64,000 bases of DNA from Eledone cirrhosa (Eukaryota). The translations under genes and the position numbers were made by a program. The DNA lies in the NCBI GenBank assembly GCA_964016885.1, contig OZ024740.1:421662001-421726000 (forward strand). Direction: 5' to 3'. Within the stretch, counting starts at the first letter, position 1; every line of letters begins with the position of its first letter. The notes under the pieces were generated by a model. That model did not search any database and had not been told where the DNA came from. It saw only the letters and a list, made by a program, of their open reading frames with translations. Positions 1 to 14,900 of this stretch are shown one piece after another.

Positions 1-1018
1 TTAGATATATGTGTGTCATATTAAACCTACATAGAAAGATGAATGAACTTAGATATATGTGTCATATTAAACCTTCATAGAAAGGTGGATTAACTTAGAT
101 ATGTGTGTCATATTAAACCTAAATAGAAGGGTGGATTAACATAGATATATGTGTCATATTAAACCTACATAGAAAGCTGAATTAACTTAGATATATGTGT
201 CATATTAAACCTACATAGAAAGGTGAATTAACTTAGATATATGTGTCATATTAAACCTACATAGAAAGGTGGATTAACATAGATATATGTGTCATATTAA
301 ACCTACATAGAAAGGTGGATTAACTTAGATATGTGTGTCATATTAAACCTACATAGAAAGGTGGATTAACATAGATATATGTGTCATATTAAACCTACAT
401 AGAAAGGTGGAGTAACATAGATATATGTGTCATATTAAACCTACATAGAAAGGTGGAGTAACATAGATATATGTGTCATATTAAACCTACATAGAAAGGT
501 GGATTAACATAGATATACGTGTCATATTAAACCTACATAGAAAGGTGGATTAACTTAGATATGTGTATCATATTAAACCTAAATAGAAAGGTGGATTAAC
601 ATAGATATATGTGTCATATTAAACCTACATAGAAAGGTGGATTAACATAGATATATGTGTCATATTAAACCTACATAGAAAGCTGAATTAACTTAGATAT
701 ATGTGTCATATTAAACCTACATGGAAAGGTGGATTAACATAGATATATGTGTCATATTAAACCTACTTAGAAAGGTGGAGTAACATAGATATATGTGTCA
801 TATTAAACCTACATAGAAAGGTGGATTAACATAGATATATGTGTCATATTAAACCTACATAGAAAGGTGGATTAACATAGATATACGTGTCATATTAAAC
901 CTACATAGAAAGGTGGATTAACTTAGATATGTGTATCATATTAAACCTAAATAGAAAGGTGGATTAACATAGATATATGTGTCATATTAAACCTACATAG
1001 AAAGGTGAATTAACTTAG

Positions 1019-4000
1019 ATATGTGTCATATTAAACCTTCATGGAAAGGTGGATTGACATAGATATATGTGTCATATTAAACCTACATAGAAAGGTGGAT
1101 TAACATAGATATATGTGTCATATTAAACCTACATAGAAAGGTGGAGTAACATAGATATATGTGTCATATTAAACCTACATAGAAAGGTGGATTAACATAG
1201 ATATATGTGTCATATTAAACCAACATAGAAAGGTGGATTAACATAGATATACGTGTCATATTAAACCTACATAGAAAGGTGAATTAACTTAGATATATGT
1301 GTCATATTAAACCTACATAGAAAGGTGGATTAACATAGATATATGTGTCATATTAAACCTACATAGAAAGGTGGATTAACATAGATATATGTGTCATATT
1401 AAACCTACATAGAAAGGTGAATTAACTCAGATATATGTGTCATATTAAACCTACATAGAAAGGTGGATTAACATAGATATATGTGTCATATTAAACCTAC
1501 ATAGAAAGGTGAATTAACTTAGATATATGTGTCATATTAAACCAACATAGAAAGGTGGATTAACATAGATATACGTGTCATATTAAACCTACATAGAAAG
1601 GTGAATTAACTTAGATATATGTGTCATATTAAACCTACATAGAAAGGTGGATTAATATAGATATATGTGTCATATTAAACCTTCATGGAAAGGTGGATTA
1701 ACATAGATATATGTGTCATATTAAACCTACATAGAAAGGTGAATTAACATAGATATATGTGTCATATTAAACCTACATAGAAAGGTGGATTAACTTAGAT
1801 ATATGTGTCATATTAAACCAACATAGAAAGGTGGATTAACATAGATATATGTGTCATATTAAACCTACATAAAAAGGTGGATTAACTTAGATATATGTGT
1901 CATATTAAACCTACATAGAAAGATGAATGAACTTAGATATATGTGTCATATTAAACCTACATAAAAAGGTGAATTAACTTAGATATATGTGTCATATTAA
2001 ACCTTCATAGAAAGGTGGATTAACTTAGATATGTGTGTCATATTAAACCTAAATAGAAGGGTGGATTAACATAGATATATGTGTCATATTAAACCTACAT
2101 AGAAAGCTGAATTAACTTAGATATATGTGTCATATTAAACCTAAATAGAAAGGTGGATTAACATAGATATATGTGTCATATTAAACCTACATAGAAAGGT
2201 GGATTAACATAGATATACGTGTCATATTAAACCTACATAGAAAGGTGGATTAACATAGATATATGTGTCATATTAAACCTACATAGAAAGGTGGATTAAC
2301 ATAGATATATGTGTCATATTAAACCTACATAGAAAGGTGGATTAACATAGATATATGTGTCATATTAAACCTACATAGAAAGGTGAATTAACATAGATAT
2401 ATGTGTCATATTAAACCTACATAGAAAGGTGGATTAACTTAGATATATGTGTGTCATATTAAACCTACATAGAAAGATGAATGAACTTAGATATATGTGT
2501 CATATTAAACCTTCATAGAAAGGTGGATTAACTTAGATATGTGTGTCATATTAAACCTAAATAGAAGGGTGGATTAACATAGATATATGTGTCATATTAA
2601 ACCTACATAGAAAGCTGAATTAACTTAGATATATGTGTCATATTAAACCTACATGGAAAGGTGGATTAACATAGATATATGTGTCATATTAAACCTACAT
2701 AGAAAGGTGGATTAACATAGATATATGTGTCATATTAAACCTACATAGAAAGGTGAATTAACTTAGATATATGTGTCATATTAAACCTACATAGAAAGGT
2801 GAAGTAACTTAGATATATGTGTCATATTAAACCTACATAGAAAGGTGAATTAACTTAGATATATGTGTCATATTAAACCTACATAGAAAGGTGAATTAAC
2901 TTAGATATATGTGTCATATTAAACCTACATAGAAAGGTGGATTAACTTAGATATGTGTGTCATATTAAACCTAAATAGAAAGGTGGATTAACATAGATAT
3001 ATGTGTCATATTAAACCTACATAGAAAGGTGAATTAACTTAGATATGTGTCATATTAAACCTTCATGGAAAGGTGGATTAACATAGATATATGTGTCATA
3101 TTAAACCTACATAGAAAGGTGGATTAACATAGATATATGTGTCATATTAAACCAACATAAAAAGGTGGATTAACATAGATATACGTGTCATATTAAACCT
3201 ACATAGAAAGGTGAATTAACTTAGATATATGTGTCATATTAAACCTACATAGAAAGGTGGATTAACATAGATATATGTGTCATATTAAACCTACATAGAA
3301 AGGTGGATTAACATAGATATATGTGTCATATTAAACCTACATAGAAAGGTGAATTAACTTAGATATATGTGTCATATTAAACCTTCATGGAAAGGTGGAT
3401 TAACATAGATATATGTGTCATATTAAACCTACATAGAAAGGTGAATTAACATAGATATATGTGTCATATTAAACCTACATAGAAAGGTGGATTAACTTAG
3501 ATATATGTGTCATATTAAACCAACATAGAAAGGTGGATTAACATAGATATATGTGTCATATTAAACCTACATAGAAAGGTGGATTAACTTAGATATATGT
3601 GTCATATTAAACCTACATAGAAAGATGAATGAACTTAGATATATGTGTCATATTAAACCTACATAAAAAGGTGAATTAACTTAGATATATGTGTCATATT
3701 AAACCTTCATAGAAAGGTGGATTAACTTAGATATGTGTGTCATATTAAACCTAAATAGAAGGGTGGATTAACATAGATATATGTGTCATATTAAACCTAC
3801 ATAGAAAGCTGAATTAACTTAGATATATGTGTCATATTAAACCTAAATAGAAAGGTGGATTAACATAGATATATGTGTCATATTAAACCTACATAGAAAG
3901 GTGGATTAACATAGATATACGTGTCATATTAAACCTACATAGAAAGGTGGATTAACATAGATATATGTGTCATATTAAACCTACATAGAAAGGTGGAGTA

Positions 4001-7000
4001 ACATAGATATATGTGTCATATTAAACCTACATAGAAAGGTGGATTAACATAGATATATGTGTCATATTAAACGTTCATAGAAAGGTGGATTAACTTAGAT
4101 ATGTGTGTCATATTAAACCTAAATAGAAGGGTGGATTAACATAGATATATGTGTCATATTAAACCTACATAGAAAGCTGAATTAACTTAGATATATGTGT
4201 CATATTAAACCTACATGGAAAGGTGGATTAACATAGATATATGTGTCATATTAAACCTACATAGAAAGGTGGAGTAACATAGATATATGTGTCATATTAA
4301 ACCTACATAGAAAGGTGGATTAACATAGATATATGTGTCATATTAAACCTACATAGAAAGGTGGATTAACTTAGATATATGTGTCATATTAAACCAACAT
4401 AGAAAGGTGGATTAACATAGATATATGTGTCATATTAAACCTACATAGAAAGGTGGATTAACTTAGATATATGTGTCATATTAAACCTACATAGAAAGGT
4501 GGATTAACTTAGATATATGTGTCATATCAAACCTACATAGAAAGGTGAATTAACTTAGATATATGTGTCATATTAAACCTACATAGAAAGGTGAATTAAC
4601 TTAGATATATGTGTCATATTAAACCTACATAGAAAGGTGAATTAACTTAGATATGTGTCATATTAAACCTTCATGGAAAGGTGGATTAACATAGATATAT
4701 GTGTCATATTAAACCTACATAGAAAGGTGGATTAACATAGATATATGTGTCATATTAAACCTACATAGAAAGGTGGAGTAACATAGATATATGTGTCATA
4801 TTAAACCTACATAGAAAGGTGGATTAACATAGATATATGTGTCATATTAAACCAACATAGAAAGGTGGATTAACATAGATATACGTGTCATATTAAACCT
4901 ACATAGAAAGGTGAATTAACTTAGATATATGTGTCATATTAAACCTACATAGAAAGGTGGATTAACATAGATATATGTGTCATATTAAACCTACATAGAA
5001 AGGTGGATTAACATAGATATATGTGTCATATTAAACCTACATAGAAAGGTGAATTAACTCAGATATATGTGTCATATTAAACCTACATAGAAAGGTGGAT
5101 TAACATAGATATATGTGTCATATTAAACCTACATAGAAAGGTGAATTAACTTAGATATATGTGTCATATTAAACCAACATAGAAAGGTGGATTAACATAG
5201 ATATACGTGTCATATTAAACCTACATAGAAAGGTGAATTAACTTAGATATATGTGTCATATTAAACCTACATAGAAAGGTGGATTAATATAGATATATGT
5301 GTCATATTAAACCTTCATGGAAAGGTGGATTAACATAGATATATGTGTCATATTAAACCTACATAGAAAGGTGAATTAACATAGATATATGTGTCATATT
5401 AAACCTACATAGAAAGGTGGATTAACTTAGATATATGTGTCATATTAAACCAACATAGAAAGGTGGATTAACATAGATATATGTGTCATATTAAACCTAC
5501 ATAAAAAGGTGGATTAACTTAGATATATGTGTCATATTAAACCTACATAGAAAGATGAATGAACTTAGATATATGTGTCATATTAAACCTACATAAAAAG
5601 GTGAATTAACTTAGATATATGTGTCATATTAAACCTTCATAGAAAGGTGGATTAACTTAGATATGTGTGTCATATTAAACCTAAATAGAAGGGTGGATTA
5701 ACATAGATATATGTGTCATATTAAACCTACATAGAAAGCTGAATTAACTTAGATATATGTGTCATATTAAACCTAAATAGAAAGGTGGATTAACATAGAT
5801 ATATGTGTCATATTAAACCTACATAGAAAGGTGGATTAACATAGATATACGTGTCATATTAAACCTACATAGAAAGGTGGATTAACATAGATATATGTGT
5901 CATATTAAACCTACATAGAAAGGTGGATTAACATAGATATATGTGTCATATTAAACCTACATAGAAAGGTGGATTAACATAGATATATGTGTCATATTAA
6001 ACCTACATAGAAAGGTGAATTAACATAGATATATGTGTCATATTAAACCTACATAGAAAGGTGGATTAACTTAGATATATGTGTGTCATATTAAACCTAC
6101 ATAGAAAGATGAATGAACTTAGATATATGTGTCATATTAAACCTTCATAGAAAGGTGGATTAACTTAGATATGTGTGTCATATTAAACCTAAATAGAAGG
6201 GTGGATTAACATAGATATATGTGTCATATTAAACCTACATAGAAAGCTGAATTAACTTAGATATATGTGTCATATTAAACCTACATGGAAAGGTGGATTA
6301 ACATAGATATATGTGTCATATTAAACCTACATAGAAAGGTGGATTAACATAGATATATGTGTCATATTAAACCTACATAGAAAGGTGAATTAACTTAGAT
6401 ATATGTGTCATATTAAACCTACATAGAAAGGTGAAGTAACTTAGATATATGTGTCATATTAAACCTACATAGAAAGGTGAATTAACTTAGATATATGTGT
6501 CATATTAAACCTACATAGAAAGGTGAATTAACTTAGATATATGTGTCATATTAAACCTACATAGAAAGGTGGATTAACTTAGATATGTGTGTCATATTAA
6601 ACCTAAATAGAAAGGTGGATTAACATAGATATATGTGTCATATTAAACCTACATAGAAAGGTGAATTAACTTAGATATGTGTCATATTAAACCTTCATGG
6701 AAAGGTGGATTAACATAGATATATGTGTCATATTAAACCTACATAGAAAGGTGGATTAACATAGATATATGTGTCATATTAAACCAACATAAAAAGGTGG
6801 ATTAACATAGATATACGTGTCATATTAAACCTACATAGAAAGGTGAATTAACTTAGATATATGTGTCATATTAAACCTACATAGAAAGGTGGATTAACAT
6901 AGATATATGTGTCATATTAAACCTACATAGAAAGGTGGATTAACATAGATATATGTGTCATATTAAACCTACATAGAAAGGTGAATTAACTTAGATATAT

Positions 7001-10000
7001 GTGTCATATTAAACCTTCATGGAAAGGTGGATTAACATAGATATATGTGTCATATTAAACCTACATAGAAAGGTGAATTAACATAGATATATGTGTCATA
7101 TTAAACCTACATAGAAAGGTGGATTAACTTAGATATATGTGTCATATTAAACCAACATAGAAAGGTGGATTAACATAGATATATGTGTCATATTAAACCT
7201 ACATAGAAAGGTGGATTAACTTAGATATATGTGTCATATTAAACCTACATAGAAAGATGAATGAACTTAGATATATGTGTCATATTAAACCTACATAAAA
7301 AGGTGAATTAACTTAGATATATGTGTCATATTAAACCTTCATAGAAAGGTGGATTAACTTAGATATGTGTGTCATATTAAACCTAAATAGAAGGGTGGAT
7401 TAACATAGATATATGTGTCATATTAAACCTACATAGAAAGCTGAATTAACTTAGATATATGTGTCATATTAAACCTAAATAGAAAGGTGGATTAACATAG
7501 ATATATGTGTCATATTAAACCTACATAGAAAGGTGGATTAACATAGATATACGTGTCATATTAAACCTACATAGAAAGGTGGATTAACATAGATATATGT
7601 GTCATATTAAACCTACATAGAAAGGTGGAGTAACATAGATATATGTGTCATATTAAACCTACATAGAAAGGTGGATTAACATAGATATATGTGTCATATT
7701 AAACGTTCATAGAAAGGTGGATTAACTTAGATATGTGTGTCATATTAAACCTAAATAGAAGGGTGGATTAACATAGATATATGTGTCATATTAAACCTAC
7801 ATAGAAAGCTGAATTAACTTAGATATATGTGTCATATTAAACCTACATGGAAAGGTGGATTAACATAGATATATGTGTCATATTAAACCTACATAGAAAG
7901 GTGGAGTAACATAGATATATGTGTCATATTAAACCTACATAGAAAGGTGGATTAACATAGATATATGTGTCATATTAAACCTACATAGAAAGGTGGATTA
8001 ACTTAGATATATGTGTCATATTAAACCAACATAGAAAGGTGGATTAACATAGATATATGTGTCATATTAAACCTACATAGAAAGGTGGATTAACTTAGAT
8101 ATATGTGTCATATTAAACCTACATAGAAAGGTGGATTAACTTAGATATATGTGTCATATCAAACCTACATAGAAAGGTGAATTAACTTAGATATATGTGT
8201 CATATTAAACCTACATAGAAAGGTGAATTAACTTAGATATATGTGTCATATTAAACCTACATAGAAAGGTGAATTAACTTAGATATGTGTCATATTAAAC
8301 CTTCATGGAAAGGTGGATTAACATAGATATATGTGTCATATTAAACCTACATAGAAAGGTGGATTAACATAGATATATGTGTCATATTAAACCTACATAG
8401 AAAGGTGGAGTAACATAGATATATGTGTCATATTAAACCTACATAGAAAGGTGGATTAACATAGATATATGTGTCATATTAAACCAACATAGAAAGGTGG
8501 ATTAACATAGATATACGTGTCATATTAAACCTACATAGAAAGGTGAATTAACTTAGATATATGTGTCATATTAAACCTACATAGAAAGGTGGATTAACAT
8601 AGATATATGTGTCATATTAAACCTACATAGAAAGGTGGATTAACATAGATATATGTGTCATATTAAACCTACATAGAAAGGTGAATTAACTTAGATATAT
8701 GTGTCATATTAAACCTACATAGAAAGGTGGATTAACATAGATATATGTGTCATATTAAACCTACATAGAAAGGTGAATTAACTTAGATATATGTGTCATA
8801 TTAAACCAACATAGAAAGGTGGATTAACATAGATATACGTGTCATATTAAACCTACATAGAAAGGTGAATTAACTTAGATATATGTGTCATATTAAACCT
8901 ACATAGAAAGGTGGATTAATATAGATATATGTGTCATATTAAACCTACATAGAAAGGTGGATTAACATAGATATATGTGTCATATTAAGCCTACATAGAA
9001 AGGTGAATTAACTTAGATATATGTGTCATATTAAACCTTCATGGAAAGGTGGATTAACATAGATATATGTGTCATATTAAACCTACATAGAAAGGTGAAT
9101 TAACATAGATATATGTGTCATATTAAACCTACATAGAAAGGTGGATTAACTTAGATATATGTGTCATATTAAACCAACATAGAAAGGTGGATTAACATAG
9201 ATATATGTGTCATATTAAACCTACATAAAAAGGTGGATTAACTTAGATATATGTGTCATATTAAACCAACATAGAAAGATGAATGAACTTAGATATATGT
9301 GTCATATTAAACCTACATAAAAAGGTGAATTAACTTAGATATATGTGTCATATTAAACCTTCATAGAAAGGTGGATTAACTTAGATATGTGTGTCATATT
9401 AAACCTAAATAGAAGGGTTGATTAACATAGATATATGTGTCATATTAAACCTACATAGAAAGCTGAATTAACTTAGATATATGTGTCATATTAAACCTAA
9501 ATAGAAAGGTGGATTAACATAGATATGTGTCATATTAAACCTACATAGAAAGGTGGATTAACATAGATATACGTGTCATATTAAACCTACATAGAAAGGT
9601 GGATTAACATAGATATATGTGTCATATTAAACCTACATAGAAAGGTGGATTAACATAGATATATGTGTCATATTAAACCTACATAGAAAGGTGGATTAAC
9701 ATAGATATATGTGTCATATTAAACCTACATAGAAAGGTGAATTAACATAGATATATGTGTCATATTAAACCTACATAGAAAGGTGGATTAACTTAGATAT
9801 ATGTGTGTCATATTAAACCTACATAGAAAGATGAATGAACTTAGATATATGTGTCATATTAAACCTTCATAGAAAGGTGGATTAACTTAGATATGTGTGT
9901 CATATTAAACCTAAATAGAAGGGTGGATTAACATAGATATATGTGTCATATTAAACCTACATAGAAAGCTGAATTAACTTAGATATATGTGTCATATTAA

Positions 10001-10260
10001 ACCTACATGGAAAGGTGGATTAACATAGATATATGTGTCATATTAAACCTACATAGAAAGGTGGATTAACATAGATATATGTGTCATATTAAACCTACAT
10101 AGAAAGGTGAATTAACTTAGATATATGTGTCATATTAAACCTACATAGAAAGGTGAAGTAACTTAGATATATGTGTCATATTAAACCTACATAGAAAGGT
10201 GAATTAACTTAGATATATGTGTCATATTAAACCTACATAGAAAGGTGGATTAACTTAGAT
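1019..10260. repeat. Higher-order repeat, 3,632 bp (79 monomers, net -2 bp): two full copies (1019-4650, 4651-8282) plus a modified partial third copy
   Basis: Rare variants recur at exactly +3632: AACTCAG 1428/5060, TAATATAG 1656/5288/8920, GAAGTAAC 2804/6436, AAACGTTC 4073/7705, CATATCAAA 4528/8160, 44-bp monomer before CTTCATGG 1019/4651/8283. In the third copy the offset rises to 3722 (GAAGTA at 10158), i.e. +2 monomers -2 bp. Confidence 0.92.
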
Positions 10261-11949
10261 ATGTGTGTCATATTAAACCTACATAGAAAGGTGAATTAAC
10301 TTAGATATATGTGTCATATTAAACCTAAATAGAAAGGTGGATTAACATAGATATATGTGTCATATTAAACCTACATAGAAAGGTGGATTAACATAGATAT
10401 ATGTGTCATATTAAACCTACATAGAAAGGTGAATTAACTTAGATATATGTGTCATATTAAACCTTCATGGAAAGGTGGATTAACATAGATATATGTGTCA
10501 TATTAAACCTACATAGAAAGGTGGATTAACTTAGATATATGTGTCATATTAAACCTACATAGAAAGGTGGATTAACTTAGATATATGTGTCATATCAAAC
10601 CTACATAGAAAGGTGAATTAACTTAGATATATGTGTCATATTAAACCTACATAGAAAGGTGAATTAACTTAGATATATGTGTCACATTAAACCTACATAG
10701 AAAGGTGGATTAACATAGATATATGTGTCATATTAAACCTACATAGAAAGGTGAATTAACTTAGATATATGTGTCATATTAAACCTACATAGAAAGGTGG
10801 ATTAACTTAGATATATGTGTGTCATATTAAACCTACATAGAAAGGTGAATGAACTTAGATATATGTGTCATATTAAACCTTCATAGAAAGGTGGATTAAC
10901 TTAGATATGTGTGTCATATTAAACCTAAATAGAAGGGTGGATTAACATAGATATATGTGTCATATTAAACCTACATAGAAAGCTGAATTAACTTAGATAT
11001 ATGTGTCATATTAAACCTACATAGAAAGGTGAATTAAGTTAGATATATGTGTCATATTAAACCTACATAGAAAGGTGGATTAACATAGATATATGTGTCA
11101 TATTAAACCTACATAGAAAGGTGGATTAACATAGATATATGTGTCATATTAAACCTACATAGAAAGGTGGATTAACTTAGATATGTGTGTCATATTAAAC
11201 CTACATAGAAAGGTGGATTAACATAGATATATGTGTCATATTAAACCTACATAGAAAGGTGGAGTAACATAGATATATGTGTCATATTAAACCTACATAG
11301 AAAGGTGGAGTAACATAGATATATGTGTCATATTAAACCTACATAGAAAGGTGGATTAACATAGATATATGTGTCATATTAAACCTTCATAGAAAGGTGG
11401 ATTAACTTAGATATGTGTGTCATATTAAACCTACATAGAAAGGTGGATTAACATAGATATATGTGTCATATTAAACCTACATAGAAAGGTGGATTAACAT
11501 AGATATATGTGTCATATTAAACCTACATAGAAAGGTGAATTAACTTAGATATGTGTCATATTAAACCTTCATGGAAAGGTGGATTAACATAGATATATGT
11601 GTCATATTAAACCTACATAGAAAGGTGGATTAACATAGATATATGTGTCATATTAAACCTACATAGAAAGGTGGAGTAACATAGATATATGTGTCATATT
11701 AAACCTACATAGAAAGGTGGATTAACATAGATATATGTGTCATATTAAACCAACATAGAAAGGTGGATTAACATAGATATACGTGTCATATTAAACCTAC
11801 ATAGAAAGGTGAATTAACTTAGATATATGTGTCATATTAAACCTACATAGAAAGGTGGATTAACATAGATATATGTGTCATATTAAACCTACATAGAAAG
11901 GTGGATTAACATAGATATATGTGTCATATTAAACCTACATAGAAAGGTG

Positions 11950-14900
11950 AATTAACTTAGATATATGTGTCATATTAAACCTACATAGAAAGGTGAATTA
12001 ACTTAGATATATGTGTCATATTAAACCTACATAGAAAGGTGGATTAACATAGATATATGTGTCATATTAAACCTACATAGAAAGGTGAATTAACTTAGAT
12101 ATGTGTGTCATATTAAACCAACATAGAAAGGTGGATTAACATAGATATACGTGTCATATTAAACCTACATAGAAAGGTGAATTAACTTAGATATATGTGT
12201 CATATTAAACCTACATAGAAAGGTGGATTAATATAGATATATGTGTCATATTAAACCTACATAGAAAGGTGGATTAACATAGATATATGTGTCATATTAA
12301 GCCTACATAGAAAGGTGAATTAACTTAGATATATGTGTCATATTAAACCTTCATGGAAAGGTGGATTAACATAGATATATGTGTCATATTAAACCTACAT
12401 AGAAAGGTGAATTAACATAGATATATGTGTCATATTAAACCTACATAGAAAGGTGGATTAACTTAGATATATGTGTCATATTAAACCAACATAGAAAGGT
12501 GGATTAACATAGATATATGTGTCATATTAAACATACATAGAAAGGTGGATTAACTTAGATATATGTGTCATATTAAACCTACATAGAAAGATGAATGAAC
12601 TTAGATATATGTGTCATATTAAACGTACATAAAAAGGTGAATTAACTTAGATATATGTGTCATATTAAACCTTCATAGAAAGGTGGATTAACTTAGATAT
12701 GTGTGTCATATTAAACCTAAATAGAAAGGTGGATTAACATAGATATATGTGTCATATTAAACCTACATAGAAAGGTGGATTAACATAGATATACGTGTCA
12801 TATTAAACCTACATAGAAAGGTGGATTAACATAGATATATGTGTCATATTAAACCTACATAGAAAGGTGGATTAACATAGATATATGTGTCATATTAAAC
12901 CTACATAGAAAGGTGGATTAACATAGATATATGTGTCATATTAAACCTACATAGAAAGGTGAATTAACATAGATATATGTGTCATATTAAACCTACATAG
13001 AAAGGTGGATTAACTTAGATATATGTGTGTCATATTAAACCTACATAGAAAGATGAATGAACTTAGATATATGTGTCATATTAAACCTTCATAGAAAGGT
13101 GGATTAACTTAGATATGTGTGTCATATTAAACCTAAATAGAAGGGTGGATTAACATAGATATATGTGTCATATTAAACCTACATAGAAAGCTGAATTAAC
13201 TTAGATATATGTGTCATATTAAACCTACATAGAAAGGTGGATTAACATAGATATATGTGTCATATTAAACCTACATAGAAAGGTGAATTAACTTAGATAT
13301 ATGTGTCATATTAAACCTACATAGAAAGCTGAATTAACTTAGATATATGTGTCATATTAAACCTACATAGAAAGGTGAATTAACTTAGATATATGTGTCA
13401 TATTAAACCTTCATGGAAAGGTGGATTAACATAGATATATGTGTCATATTAAACCTACATAGAAAGGTGGATTAACATAGATATATGTGTCATATTAAAC
13501 CTACATAGAAAGGTGAAGTAACTTAGATATATGTGTCATATTAAACCTACATAGAAAGGTGAATTAACTTAGATATATGTGTCATATTAAACCTACATAG
13601 AAAGGTGAATTAACTTAGATATATGTGTCATATTAAACCTACATAGAAAGGTGGATTAACTTAGATATGTGTGTCATATTAAACCTAAATAGAAAGGTGG
13701 ATTAACATAGATATATGTGTCATATTAAACCTACATAGAAAGGTGAATTAACTTAGATATGTGTCATATTAAACCTTCATGGAAAGGTGGATTAACATAG
13801 ATATATGTGTCATATTAAACCTACATAGAAAGGTGGATTAACATAGATATATGTGTCATATCAAACCAACATAGAAAGGTGGATTAACATAGATATACGT
13901 GTCATATTAAACCTACATAGAAAGGTGAATTAACTTAGATATATGTGTCATATTAAACCTACATAGAAAGGTGGATTAACATAGATATATGTGTCATATT
14001 AAACCTACATAGAAAGGTGGATTAACATAGATATATGTGTCATATTAAACCTACATAGAAAGGTGAATTAACTTAGATATATATGTCATATTAAACCTAC
14101 ATAGAAAGGTGGATTAACTTAGATATGTGTGTCATATTAAACCTACATAGAAAGGTGAATTAACTTAGATATATGTGTCATATTAAACCTAAATAGAAAG
14201 GTGGATTAACATAGATATATGTGTCATATTAAACCTACATAGAAAGGTGGATTAACATAGATATATGTGTCATATTAAACCTACATAGAAAGGTGAATTA
14301 ACTTAGATATATGTGTCATATTAAACCTTCATGGAAAGGTGGATTAACATAGATATATGTGTCATATTAAACCTACATAGAAAGGTGAATTAACATAGAT
14401 ATATGTGTCATATTAAACCTACATAGAAAGGTGGATTAACTTAGATATATGTGTCATATTAAACCAACATAGAAAGGTGGATTAACATAGATATATGTGT
14501 CATATTAAACCTACATAGAAAGGTGGATTAACTTAGATATATGTGTCATATTAAACCTACATAGAAAGGTGGATTAACATAGATATATGTGTCATATTAA
14601 ACCTACATAGAAAGGTGAATTAACTTAGATATGTGTCATATTAAACCTTCATGGAAAGGTGGATTAACATAGATATATGTGTCATATTAAACCTACATAG
14701 AAAGGTGGATTAACATAGATATATGTGTCATATTAAACCAACATAGAAAGGTGGATTAACATAGATATACGTGTCATATTAAACCTACATAGAAAGGTGG
14801 ATTAACATAGATATATGTGTCATATTAAACCTACATAGAAAGGTGGATTAACATAGATATACGTGTCATATTAAACCTACATAGAAAGGTGGATTAACTT

